Shown: positions 19,014 through 28,281, counted from the stretch's first letter. The stretch is DNA of 64,000 nt from Candidatus Lernaella stagnicola (GCA_030765525.1 JAVCCK010000034.1:86126-150125), one strand, 5' to 3'. Numbers and translations: made by a program. Notes: generated by a model not told the origin, from the sequence alone.

Positions 19014-19367
19014 GTGCCGGGTAGCGTATGGTGGGTGGAGGACGCGATGCAGTGGTTATTGGATAACTGGCAATTGTGCGTTTTCTATTGTCAGGAAGGG
19101 GCGTATTTCAGCGCCCTGCTGTCTCCCATTGGTATTGCCTTGTCGCTCCTGGTCGTGGTCCTGGGAGCCGTTCTCGGGAATATGCGAAAAACCCTGTGGA
19201 TGACCGTGTTCGCCGTGTGGTTTCTCGTGCCGCTTCACCATTTCACCGTCGAGGGCCAGACGCCCGGCGTCGGCAACGTGGGCGGCTACGGCGCGATGGG
19301 CGGGTTTGGTCTCGGCGTGCTGGTTGTTATCGCCGTTGGTTTCTACGTGTACCTCGTACGCGATTGA
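19014..19367 (+). CDS. small integral membrane protein, hypothetical
   Basis: 117 aa with 3 hydrophobic helices and a Gly-rich C-terminus (GVGNVGGYGAMGGFGLGVLVVIAVGFYVYL). Confidence 0.45.
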   Translation: MPGSVWWVEDAMQWLLDNWQLCVFYCQEGAYFSALLSPIGIALSLLVVVLGAVLGNMRKTLWMTVFAVWFLVPLHHFTVEGQTPGVGNVGGYGAMGGFGLGVLVVIAVGFYVYLVRD

Positions 19368-19383
19368 GGCGGCCGACAGGCTT

Positions 19384-20361
19384 ATGACCAAACGAATCGG
19401 CATCACTACCACTGTTCCTCACGAAATCATCGTTGCCGCCGGATACGTTCCGGTCGACCTGAACAACGTGTTCGCCGATGACGCCGACTCGGAGGCGATG
19501 GTGGCAAGCGCCGAAGACGAGGGCTTTCCGGCCGGCGTCTGCGCGTGGATCAAAGGCTTGTACGCCGCGATGCGGGCCGGGCGGGCCGATGCCGTGGTCA
19601 CCGTCGTCAACGGCGATTGTTCCAATACCCAATCCTTGGCCGAAGTATTACGGCACCGCGGCATCGAGACGATCCCTTTTTCCTTCCCCGCCAAACCGCA
19701 ACCGGATCTGGTCGAGCGGGCTCTACAGGATTTCGCTGCCGAACTCGGTACCGAACTGGCGGCGGCCGAGCGCGTTCGCCGGGACTGGCAAGACATTCGC
19801 CGAAACCTAGCCGAGTTGGACCGCCTCGCGTGGCGCGAAAACAAGATTACCTCCGCCGAATTGCACCACTGGTTGCTTTCCTCCAGCGACTTCGGCGGTG
19901 ACGCGAATGCGTTTGGCCGCGAACTTGACGCCTTTCTCGACGACGCCCGCCGTCGGCCGGCGCAACCTGTCGCGCTTCCCCTTGCGCTGCTGGGGGTACC
20001 GCCGATTTTCACCGACCTGTTTGCGCGCCTCGAGGAGCGCGGCGCCCGCTTCGTTTTTTGTGAGGTGCCGCGGCAGTTCTCCATGCCGTATGAATGCCGG
20101 GACCTGGTCGAGCAGTTCTGCCGGTACACTTATCCCTACGATCTCAACCACCGGCTTGATGACTTGTTACCGCAACTGGCCGAGCGGCGCGTCGCCGGCG
20201 CGGTGCATTACGTGCAAGCCTTCTGCCACCGGCAGATCGATCACATTGTCATCAAGGACAAATCGCCGATTCCCGTCTTGGCGCTGGAGGGCGACCGCCC
20301 GGGCACCCTATCTGGGCAGGCGGTCACGCGCCTCGACGCCTTTCTGGAGATGCTCGCGTGA
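19384..20361 (+). CDS. 2-hydroxyacyl-CoA dehydratase (HGD-D/BcrB-BadE-like) family protein
   Basis: MTKRIGITTTVPHEIIVAAGYVPVDLNNVF matches the conserved N-terminal T-T-x-P-x-E-ϕ-ϕ-x-A-x-G of the HGD-D family. Conserved Cys residues occur at VCAW, NGDCSNT, FCEVP and AFCHRQ. The stop overlaps the GTG start of rimO. Confidence 0.5.
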   Translation: MTKRIGITTTVPHEIIVAAGYVPVDLNNVFADDADSEAMVASAEDEGFPAGVCAWIKGLYAAMRAGRADAVVTVVNGDCSNTQSLAEVLRHRGIETIPFSFPAKPQPDLVERALQDFAAELGTELAAAERVRRDWQDIRRNLAELDRLAWRENKITSAELHHWLLSSSDFGGDANAFGRELDAFLDDARRRPAQPVALPLALLGVPPIFTDLFARLEERGARFVFCEVPRQFSMPYECRDLVEQFCRYTYPYDLNHRLDDLLPQLAERRVAGAVHYVQAFCHRQIDHIVIKDKSPIPVLALEGDRPGTLSGQAVTRLDAFLEMLA

Positions 20362-21719
20362 GTGGCAAAACGTTTCGCCTCACCAGCCTGGGCTGCGCGA
20401 AAAACCTCGTCGATAGCGAGGGGCTCGCGGCCTTGTTGGTACGGGCCGGTTGGCGTCTGGTAGACGACGGCCCGGTCGATTTGGTCGTGGTCAACACGTG
20501 CAGTTTCGTCGAGGATGCCGCGCAAGAATCGGTCGATACGCTGCTGGCCGAGGTGGAGCAGAAGCGGGCCGGGCAGACGAGTCGGCTCGCGGCGGTGGGG
20601 TGCCTGCCGCAGAAATACGGTGACGAACTCGCCGACGCCATGCCCGAGCTCGATCTCGTGCTCGGCACCGGGGACCTAGGTTCGATCGTTCGCCGCCTCG
20701 AGCATTTGATCGACACCAACGAGCGGGAAATCGCCGTCGGCCCGCCGTCCGCGGTGTACGAGGAATGGCCCGCCCGTCTGCGGTCGCAGCCCGCGCACCG
20801 CGCCTATCTGAAAATCGCCGAAGGATGCGACAACGCCTGCGCCTTCTGCATCATCGGGCGCTTGCGCGGCCCCTTCCGCAGTCGCGCGCCTGAAGCGATT
20901 TTGGCCGAGGCGGCCGACCTGGGCGCAGCCGGCGTCGTCGAACTCAATTTGGTTGCGCAGGATTTGACGCTTTATGGGCGCGACCTCGCCTCCGCGACAA
21001 CGTTGGCCGAACTACTGCCGCGCCTATCCACCGCCGTGGACGACACCGCTTGCCGCCGCTTGCGATTGCTCTATTTGCACCCGGCGCGGGTCGAGGAAAA
21101 CCTGCTGCGAGTGATCGCCGAGACACCGCGGGTTGTCCCGTACCTCGACATGCCGCTCCAGCATGTCAGCGACCGCGTTTTGCAGCGGATGGGTCGGCCG
21201 CAGAACGCCGCCGATTCGCGCCGTGTTGTGGAACTGGCCCGCCGCCTGGTGCCCGACGTGGCGATCCGCACGACCTTCCTGCTCGGTCATCCCGGAGAGA
21301 GTGAGGACGACTTTGCGGCCTTGCTCGATTTCGTGGCGGAGTATCGTTTCGAACACCTCGGCGCGTTCGCGTGGTCGCCGGAAAAAGGCACCGTGTCATA
21401 TGAACAGGACGATTGGGTCGAAGCCGAATTGCGGGCCGAAAGGGTGGAGCGATTGATGGAATTGCAGCAGGGCGTCAGTCACGAACGGTTGCGCGAGCGG
21501 ATCGGTGGCGTAGTGGAATTGTTGGTCGAGGAGGTGCTCCATAAGCACGATGACGAGGCCTATTCGCACATCGGCCGTCTACCGCAACAAGCGCCCGAAA
21601 TCGACGGCGTCGTGTACCTTCGCGCGCCCCGCGAAGAGGCGTGCCGACCCGGGGACATCGTTCGCGCCGTTGTGACCGATGCCCACGACTACGATCTGTT
21701 CGCCGATCTACTCGCCTGA
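20358..21719 (+). CDS. rimO: ribosomal protein S12 methylthiotransferase RimO (MiaB-family radical SAM)
   Basis: The MTTase N-domain reads FRLTSLGCAKNLVDSE...VVNTCSFVEDA. The radical SAM motif is AEGCDNACAFCII. The TRAM C-terminus is PEIDGVVYLRAP...PGDIVRAVVTDAHDYDLFADL. The sequence is collinear with E. coli RimO. Confidence 0.8.
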   Translation: MSGKTFRLTSLGCAKNLVDSEGLAALLVRAGWRLVDDGPVDLVVVNTCSFVEDAAQESVDTLLAEVEQKRAGQTSRLAAVGCLPQKYGDELADAMPELDLVLGTGDLGSIVRRLEHLIDTNEREIAVGPPSAVYEEWPARLRSQPAHRAYLKIAEGCDNACAFCIIGRLRGPFRSRAPEAILAEAADLGAAGVVELNLVAQDLTLYGRDLASATTLAELLPRLSTAVDDTACRRLRLLYLHPARVEENLLRVIAETPRVVPYLDMPLQHVSDRVLQRMGRPQNAADSRRVVELARRLVPDVAIRTTFLLGHPGESEDDFAALLDFVAEYRFEHLGAFAWSPEKGTVSYEQDDWVEAELRAERVERLMELQQGVSHERLRERIGGVVELLVEEVLHKHDDEAYSHIGRLPQQAPEIDGVVYLRAPREEACRPGDIVRAVVTDAHDYDLFADLLA

Positions 21720-22040
21720 TCCGCAGTCCTCGAGACACAACGCCAACGAAGTGCAGAGCCCCTTGTTTTCGAACACGCAGTCATCGATGCAGGCCCAGTC
21801 GTAGAATTGGTCATCGCGGCAGTAGGTGCGCGCGTCGCCGCGGTCCGGGTGCGCGCCGTCGTGGAGCGGCAAGTTCGTGTCGCAGTCGTCGTAGATGATT
21901 TCGACCAGTTCGTCGCATTCGAGGTCAGCCACCGCGTCGGGGTCATCCTCGTCGTTGCACGCGACGGCAAACACGGCGATCAGCAGGCAGCCGATGCAGA
22001 CCAGCACTCGCCGGGAAGAAGAGCCCGTCAACAGCCGCAA
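21708..22040 (-). CDS. small acidic Cys-rich lipoprotein (paralog of 35487..35912)
   Basis: Signal and lipobox LIAVFAVAC, then the D/E-rich CNDEDDPDAVADLECDELVEIIYDDCDT... and a C-terminal ...WACIDDCVFENKGLCTSLALCLEDC motif. Overlaps the S8 protease gene by 13 nt. Its 3' end overlaps the rimO 3' end by 12 nt (convergent). Confidence 0.55.
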   Translation of the reverse strand: MRLLTGSSSRRVLVCIGCLLIAVFAVACNDEDDPDAVADLECDELVEIIYDDCDTNLPLHDGAHPDRGDARTYCRDDQFYDWACIDDCVFENKGLCTSLALCLEDCGSGE

Positions 22041-24106
22041 CCTCCGTCCTCATCATCATTGTCATCGTCGTCATCATCGTCGTCGGCAGCCGGTTCGGCG
22101 GGAACAGAGTCGTCGTCGGTCGAATCATCCGGCAAACCTTCGGGCGAGACGCCCGGGAAATCTTCATCGATAAAACCGTCACAGTCCTCGTCGACGCCGT
22201 TGCCTTCTATCTCGGCCGCGCCGGGCCGGATCGACGGATTGCCGTCGGCGCAGTCGTTGCCGCCGCAGTTCGCGCCAGGGGACCCGTCGCCGTCGGCGTC
22301 ACAATTTTCACTTGCCAGCGCCCATCCGGCGAGCGCGAAGGTTTGCGTGGTCGTCAGGTCGGCGGCCGAGACCCGCACCGTCCACGTGCCTGCCGCGGGC
22401 TCGACGACTGTTACGCGTTCGACGTTGTTCCGGTCATCCACGCCCGTGACGGCGAGCTGGGCAGGATCGTCGGGGTTTAGCAGCCACGGCAAATACTCCG
22501 CCTTGTCTGGGCCGATCAAGCGCAATTCCAAATCGTTGACCAAGACGCGCACCGCACTCGCGGCGGCGGCGGGATCGTTCCACACAATCGTGATTTCCAG
22601 GACCGGCGAACCCGCCTCGATCTCCACGTCAAACTCGACGAAGTCTTCTTCCGAGGTTATCTCGCCGGCGGCGAACCCGTCGAAATACAGCATCGACAGG
22701 GCCGCTGCGACGTCGATGTGTCCCCAGCCGGTTTGGAAATCCGGCCCCGCGGCTTCCACGTCACGAGCCGTGGCGATCAACAGTGTTTTGGCCAACGCCG
22801 GTGTCCACTCGACGCCCAGATCGTCGGCCGCCTGGCGCAACAATCCCACTGCGCCGGTCACTTGCGGCGCGGCCATGCTCGTGCCGCACCACATGGATCC
22901 GGCGTAACCGCCGCCCGCTATCGTGGAAACGATGTAACCCGGCTTCGGAGGCATGCAGCCGGCCGCGACGACATCCGGCTTCAAGCGACCGTCGTCCGTC
23001 GGCCCGCGGCTTGAATAATCGCTGGTGGTCAGGCCGCCGTCCGCGCTGCCCACGGTGATCACGTTTTTCGCCGTGCCCGGCGGCGGCAAGCTGTGGTAAC
23101 CCTGTCGCGCCGCGATCTCGCAGTCGGACATCGAACCCATGTTCCCGGCCGCGAAGGTGACACCGAGCACCCCGCCGTGTTCGCCCATGACGGCGCGGTC
23201 GTATTCGGCCGTGAAGTCGTCGTAGCTGCCAAGGTAGGCGCAGTTGTCTTCTTCGTCGGACAGCGCGTAGACCCAGCTATTGTTGATCCAAATCGCGCCG
23301 TGGGCCGCGATATCGGCGATTTTTTCGGTCGGCCGATCGAAATCCCACGCCAGGATCGTCGCCCCGGGAGCCACGCCGCGATACAATCCGTCGCTTTCCA
23401 CGCCGTCACCAGCCATCGTGCCGCATACGTGGGTGGCGTGATCGCTTGGGCCGCCGGCTGCGAAATTTCCCAGACGCCCCGCGAAATCCGCGTGCAAGAC
23501 GCGCGCTTCATCGACAATCGCCAAGGTGACGTCGCGACCGGTTAGCGCCCAAGCGTCGGCGGCCTGTGCGAATTCGGCGCCGGTGATGTGGCGGATGTTG
23601 GCGTTGGCCGGTACCAAGCGCGGCGGCTGGGCCTCGATGAGCCACACGGTCGGTTCGGCGGCCAAGTCATCGCGCTTCGATCCGGTTGCGGTCACGACGG
23701 TCGATCGCCCGCGGTCGAAACGCCGCGTCCGCCATGTCGCCGGGGCGTCGTTGACTGCGCGCCGGGACATTTTCGCCGCCGGCGGCATCGGGCCGCACCA
23801 CACGACTTCCGGAGGCGGCGGCGTGCTGGGCGAGGCAGCGGCGACGACGTATCCATGGGGCGGCACCGGCGCAAGCCAGATGATTCCGTCCGGCGTCTCG
23901 CCATTGCGCGGTATGTTCACCGCCCGGTTCAAACGCACGAGGAAGGGGTGACCGGTGCGGGCGAGGGCGGCCCAGCGCACTTGTCGAATTTGGGTGGATA
24001 ACGCGGGAGCGTCCACGCGCGTGGCGACGAATTCAACCGCGGGCGCGGCCATCGCGGGGCAGGCCGAAAAAAGCAACAGTGCAATAATCCATTTGATCCG
24101 ATTCAT
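22028..24106 (-). CDS. secreted subtilisin-like serine protease (S8) with C-terminal MopE-like Cys-rich putative metal-binding domain and poly-Asp tail
   Basis: Signal peptide MNRIKWIIALLLFSACPAMA. S8 catalytic blocks are AIVDEA (Asp), HGTH-like HATHVCGT and GTSMAAPQVTGAV (Ser). The C-terminal part reads CDADGDGSPGANCGGNDCADGNPSIRPGAAEIEGNGVDEDCDGFIDED, then DDDDDDDDNDDEDGGCGC. Confidence 0.85.
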   Translation of the reverse strand: MNRIKWIIALLLFSACPAMAAPAVEFVATRVDAPALSTQIRQVRWAALARTGHPFLVRLNRAVNIPRNGETPDGIIWLAPVPPHGYVVAAASPSTPPPPEVVWCGPMPPAAKMSRRAVNDAPATWRTRRFDRGRSTVVTATGSKRDDLAAEPTVWLIEAQPPRLVPANANIRHITGAEFAQAADAWALTGRDVTLAIVDEARVLHADFAGRLGNFAAGGPSDHATHVCGTMAGDGVESDGLYRGVAPGATILAWDFDRPTEKIADIAAHGAIWINNSWVYALSDEEDNCAYLGSYDDFTAEYDRAVMGEHGGVLGVTFAAGNMGSMSDCEIAARQGYHSLPPPGTAKNVITVGSADGGLTTSDYSSRGPTDDGRLKPDVVAAGCMPPKPGYIVSTIAGGGYAGSMWCGTSMAAPQVTGAVGLLRQAADDLGVEWTPALAKTLLIATARDVEAAGPDFQTGWGHIDVAAALSMLYFDGFAAGEITSEEDFVEFDVEIEAGSPVLEITIVWNDPAAAASAVRVLVNDLELRLIGPDKAEYLPWLLNPDDPAQLAVTGVDDRNNVERVTVVEPAAGTWTVRVSAADLTTTQTFALAGWALASENCDADGDGSPGANCGGNDCADGNPSIRPGAAEIEGNGVDEDCDGFIDEDFPGVSPEGLPDDSTDDDSVPAEPAADDDDDDDDNDDEDGGCGC

Positions 24107-24172
24107 CGGATAATTCTAGCAGAGACGGTGACGCCGGGGAACGAAGAAGAAACGCGCGTCAAAGCGGGGCGA

Positions 24173-24685
24173 TCACGTCGCGGGGCGGCCTTGATTGACG
24201 TCGAACTCGTACACCAGGCTGGCCTCGAAGCGATCGAGATTTCCCTGCAGGTCTTCTTCTTCGTAGTACAAGGTTAGCTGGAAGTTCAGAAAAATCGGCA
24301 CGGAATTGATTTGCGGAATGTAGAACTCAAAGTCCGTCTCTTTTTCGTCGGCGTCAAACTCGACGAGATACGAATCGTCCTTGATGGCGTCCGGGTTGAT
24401 CAGCTCGAAAGTGCCGAAAAGATCTTTATCCTGGAATCGGTCGTAGTCATTCAAACTCACGCGGCATTGCACACGCGAGCCGACGATGCCATTGGTATTG
24501 CTGAAGCGCGCGCGACCGATCACCGCGCTCTGCACGAAGCCGAACACGTGGTCTTGATCCACGCGCAAATTGATCTTCACCGAGTTGTCGCCTTTTTCTT
24601 CTTCGTCCTCACCATCGTCTGTGCATGCCGCCGCGAGCAGGCAACAGGGGAGAAGCAGCAAAAGTAGTATTCGGTACCAGCGCAT
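24173..24685 (-). CDS. lipoprotein, hypothetical
   Basis: MRWYRILLLLLLPCCLLAAAC (lipobox) followed by an acidic linker DDGEDEEEKGD. The start is the internal Met of ORF 24173..24940, 66 nt upstream of the protease gene. Confidence 0.55.
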   Translation of the reverse strand: MRWYRILLLLLLPCCLLAAACTDDGEDEEEKGDNSVKINLRVDQDHVFGFVQSAVIGRARFSNTNGIVGSRVQCRVSLNDYDRFQDKDLFGTFELINPDAIKDDSYLVEFDADEKETDFEFYIPQINSVPIFLNFQLTLYYEEEDLQGNLDRFEASLVYEFDVNQGRPAT

Positions 24686-24766
24686 TCCAACGCCTCCGGG
24701 TAATTCGCGTTCGGTTAGCCTTTGGTATGCCAGCACGCGATTTGTGTCAACTCGTCTATAACACGC

Positions 24767-24794
24767 TTGACCCTCTTTCCCCTCGTGCTTTAAT
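24767..24794 (+). promoter_or_regulatory. sigma70-like promoter candidate upstream of pspA
   Basis: TTGACC, then a 16-nt spacer, then TTTAAT, ~95 nt upstream of ATG 24891. GGAGGA RBS present. Confidence 0.25.
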
Positions 24795-24890
24795 GGCGGA
24801 GTCAATTCTTTCCGTGCAACAGAACGTTTGGGCCTGAGGTCTAAACTTATCGCTACGGGTGCTCCGGGCGATATCCGACAGGAGGAAATC

Positions 24891-25694
24891 ATGTGGGAAC
24901 GATTCAAACGCTGGGTGCGTAGTGTATTCGGCGGCGCCATTGATTCGATGGAAGATCCGGAAAAGATCCTTAGACAAAATATCCGGGATATGACCGATCA
25001 GATCCCCCGCATGAACGAGTCGCTGGCCATGCTCCGGGCAAACGTGACGCTCTTGGCCAACCGCGCGAAGAAACGACAGACGCTTCTGGACGGGCTCAAG
25101 GCCAAAATCAAGGCCGCGCTCCAAGCCGGTCGACGGGACATCGCCTTGACCTATGCCACCCAAATGGAACAACTCCAGCGCGAAATCGGCGGCGATCAGG
25201 AGCAGCTTCGTATCAGCGAGGAAGGATACGAAAAAGCCGTCAAGGTTAAAGAAGCCTTTCTAGCCGAGAAAAGACGCAAAATCGAAGAAGCGCAGCAGGC
25301 GATCGCCAAGCACAAACAGTCCGAATGGCAGAAGAAGGTCGCCGACGCGATGGAATCCTTCGAAGTGGCCGGTGTCGACCAAACTCACGATGAAATGATT
25401 GACCGCATCGAGCAGGAATCGGCGCTCAACCAAGCCCGCTTGGAAATGGCGCTCGACAATATCGACGTTCATTCCATGGAAATCGAACGTGAGGCCCAGG
25501 AAATCCAAGCCAATGAAATCCTAAAGCAATTCGAGATGGAGCTGGGCCTTACCGATGGCGAAGCGGCCGAAAAGACGCTCGGTCCGGGGGAGGCGGTGCT
25601 CGCCAACGTGGAAGCCGAAACCCAAGCGGAGGAAGTTGCCGTGGCGGAACCGGAGGTCGTCAAGACCGTCGGGCCGAAAAAACCGGGTGAATAG
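24891..25694 (+). CDS. pspA: PspA/IM30 family protein (phage shock protein A-like)
   Basis: MWERFKRWVRSVFGGAIDSMEDPEKILRQNIRDMTDQIPRMNESLAML... followed by a long coiled coil, typical of PspA/Vipp1. GGAGGA RBS 4 nt upstream. Confidence 0.8.
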   Translation: MWERFKRWVRSVFGGAIDSMEDPEKILRQNIRDMTDQIPRMNESLAMLRANVTLLANRAKKRQTLLDGLKAKIKAALQAGRRDIALTYATQMEQLQREIGGDQEQLRISEEGYEKAVKVKEAFLAEKRRKIEEAQQAIAKHKQSEWQKKVADAMESFEVAGVDQTHDEMIDRIEQESALNQARLEMALDNIDVHSMEIEREAQEIQANEILKQFEMELGLTDGEAAEKTLGPGEAVLANVEAETQAEEVAVAEPEVVKTVGPKKPGE

Positions 25695-25828
25695 GCGGAA
25701 AACGGGGTAAAAACCGGATAAATTTGGCAAAATATGGCTGAATTTTGCGGTTTTTCGTAAAGTGCGCGAATTTTCGCTTTTTTCGTTAAAGAAATCTTCT
25801 CACTTGGCCGATTATCCAAACAGGCACT

Positions 25829-26836
25829 GTGCTTGAATTGGATTGGATTATGAATGCGGCTGAATTTTATAGGGGTTTCCTGCTAAACAACGGACGTCTG
25901 GTCGTGCTGGCAATGGATCCTAATCTCCAAATTGTCGAAGCCGGCCAGGGTTGCGTTCAGGCGCTAGGTTATCCCACTGAAGAACTCGTCGGCAGAAACT
26001 TGTATGAGTTTCTCGTCGCCGAGTCTCGTGATGCCACTTACCAACTCACCGATGTGGATCATTTCGCCAACGAAACCATCACCCTGCGCACGGCTGACGG
26101 CCGCAAAACGCCACTTTTAGCCTCCTTTTTCCGTGATGATAAAGGCGTGGTGCTGGTCGGCGAGGTTCTCGACCTCGATGTGAAAAATCGCGACGCCCTT
26201 CTGGAAATGCACAAGAAATCCTTCAGCCTTGCCAAGGAAATCGAAGAGTTGCGGCAACGCAACGAGAACCTGGATATGGTCAACCATTGGCTGCGCGAAA
26301 AAGCGGTGACCGATCCCCATACCGGGCTGTACAAACGCAACCACCTTGACCGACTGCTCAAAGCCGAATGGGAACGCGCCAAGCGTTACATGGCCGATCT
26401 GAGCTTCATGCTCACGGGAATCGACGGCCTGCGCGCGTTTCGCGAAGTGCAGGGAGATGACGCCGCCACCCGCGTGATGCGGGGCGTTTCGCGCGTGCTG
26501 GACGGCCGCAAGCGTCTGTTTGACATCCTGGGGCACTTCGATAACGAGACCTTCTTCCTGATTCTGCCGCACACCAATGCCAAGGGCGCGCGGGAGTTCG
26601 GCGAACGCCTCCTGCAAATGCTGCATAACCGGGAAATTCGAGCCGGCGGATACCCCTTCCACATCTTCTTGTCGATCGGGACCGCGAGCTACCACAACCG
26701 CAACTTACCGCTCAAGAGCCATGAAGAGTTGATCCATGCGTCGGTCGACTTCCTCGGCCAAGCCCAGTTGGCCGGCGGCAACCAGGTGTTCAGCCGGCAG
26801 TCGCCGCCGACGAAGTTGCGCGTCGCCAACCCCTGA
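25829..26836 (+). CDS. PAS domain protein with degenerate GGDEF (diguanylate cyclase-like) domain
   Basis: The N-terminal PAS region is VVLAMDPNLQIVEAGQGCVQALGYPTEELVGRNLYEF. The coiled linker leads into a GGDEF-fold segment (DPHTGLYKRNHLD...FMLTGIDGLRAFREVQGDDAATRVMRGVS...) where the GG(D/E)EF signature is replaced by GHFDNETF. Start is GTG 25829 or ATG 25850. Confidence 0.7.
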   Translation: MLELDWIMNAAEFYRGFLLNNGRLVVLAMDPNLQIVEAGQGCVQALGYPTEELVGRNLYEFLVAESRDATYQLTDVDHFANETITLRTADGRKTPLLASFFRDDKGVVLVGEVLDLDVKNRDALLEMHKKSFSLAKEIEELRQRNENLDMVNHWLREKAVTDPHTGLYKRNHLDRLLKAEWERAKRYMADLSFMLTGIDGLRAFREVQGDDAATRVMRGVSRVLDGRKRLFDILGHFDNETFFLILPHTNAKGAREFGERLLQMLHNREIRAGGYPFHIFLSIGTASYHNRNLPLKSHEELIHASVDFLGQAQLAGGNQVFSRQSPPTKLRVANP

Positions 26837-26995
26837 TCGGAACCCCAACGCGAAAACCATGTCGCCTAGCCGGGCGTATCTTCCAAAAGTTCACGCTGTT
26901 TCACCACGTTGCGGGCGCCGTGCGCACGTTGACATCCAGGGGACCAAAGGATACTTTCGCGGTCTGGAAAGCAGCCGGAAAGGGCGGGATAAAAT

Positions 26996-27454
26996 ATGTT
27001 CGGCATGAGTTTTGGCGAGATCGTGGTCGTACTGGTGCTCGCCCTGGTTGTCGTCGGACCGAAGAACCTGCCCAAGGTCGCTCGTTCCATGGGCCGGGCC
27101 TATGCCTGGGTCCGCCACCACCTCGCTGTCATGCAACGCGAAATCAACATGGAAATGCGACGCATCGACATGGAGGTCCGGGAGAGCGCGACGGAACCCA
27201 ATGTCGCCGGGAAGCAGGAGGCGACGCCCGATCCGGGACCCGCCTACGACGACTCGGAGTCACCACAGCCGCCCGAGCACGACGCGAGCATATTGGAAGG
27301 CGGCGAACCGGATGATAAGCCGCCGGTGGAAATCAGCACCACCGGCAATCCACGCATTCCGCCCAGCGATCCGGACGCAGACGAAGACAAGCCCGGCCGC
27401 GCGTCCGTCGAAGATAGCGTCGCCTTCTCCGCCGGGGAGGATAGCGATCAGTGA
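26996..27454 (+). CDS. tatB: Sec-independent protein translocase TatA/TatB family (TatB-like, 152 aa)
   Basis: The N-terminus is MFGMSFGEIVVVLVLALVVVGPKNLPKVARSMGRAYAWVRHHL (TM helix plus amphipathic helix). The C-terminus is an acidic, Pro-rich tail. The stop overlaps the tatC start. Confidence 0.75.
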   Translation: MFGMSFGEIVVVLVLALVVVGPKNLPKVARSMGRAYAWVRHHLAVMQREINMEMRRIDMEVRESATEPNVAGKQEATPDPGPAYDDSESPQPPEHDASILEGGEPDDKPPVEISTTGNPRIPPSDPDADEDKPGRASVEDSVAFSAGEDSDQ

Positions 27455-28281
27455 CCGACATCGGCAGCCCGCCACCGCCTCCTACAACGCCGCTCGACAT
27501 GTCGCGCGACGGTACGATGGGCATTCTCGACCATTTGCGGGAATTGCGTAACGCGATTGCTTTCGCGCTGCTTTCGATTGCCGTGGCGAGCATACTCGGC
27601 ATCGTTTTCGCGCACGATATCTTCCGCGTGCTGACCCTGCCGCTTATGGAGATTTACAACCGGATCGGCCACGAGCAGAAACTGATTTTCACATCGCCGC
27701 CCGAAGGATTCATCACGTATTTGAAGGTCGGTGTTTTTGCCGGTCTTCTGGCCGCGACGCCGCTCTGGATGTTTTTTATGGGACGTTTCGTGTGGGTAGG
27801 GTTGTACCCGCTGGAACGGCGATTCCTGATGGTTTTCGTCGCCGTGGGATCGTTCCTGTTTGTCATTGGCGGGGCGTTCGGCTATTTCCGGATTTTTCCA
27901 TTGGGATTGAGTTTCCTGATTGAGAACTACCGCAGCGAAAGCCTGGAAGCGTTGATCAGCGCGCGGGAATATTTTTCGTTTGCGGTTCGACTTATTCTCG
28001 CTTTTGGGTTAGCTTTCCAATTGCCGCTTGTGCTCTTCCTTCTGGGTCGGCTGGGAGTTGTGACGGCGCGGGGGCTGCTGCGAGGCATTAGGTGGGCGAT
28101 ATTGATCATCTTTATCGCCGCCGCGGTTTTGACGCCGCCGGACGTGGTGACGCAGATCGGCCTAGGTTTACCGTTGATTTTCTTGTACCTGGCCGGCGTA
28201 TTGGCAGTAGCCCTATTCGGGAAGCGTAAGAAACCGGATGAAGTGAGTGACGACGCAGCCGACGCCGAAAAAACCGCGTGA
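27451..28281 (+). CDS. tatC: twin-arginine translocase subunit TatC
   Basis: LDHLRELRNAIAFALLSIAVASILGIVFAHDIF..., with six hydrophobic helices and the FGxAFQLPLVLFLL motif, matches TatC. Confidence 0.85.
   Translation: MTDIGSPPPPPTTPLDMSRDGTMGILDHLRELRNAIAFALLSIAVASILGIVFAHDIFRVLTLPLMEIYNRIGHEQKLIFTSPPEGFITYLKVGVFAGLLAATPLWMFFMGRFVWVGLYPLERRFLMVFVAVGSFLFVIGGAFGYFRIFPLGLSFLIENYRSESLEALISAREYFSFAVRLILAFGLAFQLPLVLFLLGRLGVVTARGLLRGIRWAILIIFIAAAVLTPPDVVTQIGLGLPLIFLYLAGVLAVALFGKRKKPDEVSDDAADAEKTA

Noticed and set aside
21807-22907. 366-aa plus-strand ORF opposite the S8 protease.
   Set aside because: Shadow ORF. The minus-strand frame carries the S8 catalytic triad motifs.
25695-25828. Sigma-54-like -24/-12 element (TGGCT-N6-TTGC) in the AT-rich pspA–PAS/GGDEF intergenic region with repeated tttcg(c)tttttcg motifs.
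   Set aside because: GG-to-GC spacing is one nucleotide shorter than the strict sigma-54 consensus, and it lies downstream, not upstream, of pspA. Kept only as a weak possibility for the PAS-GGDEF gene.
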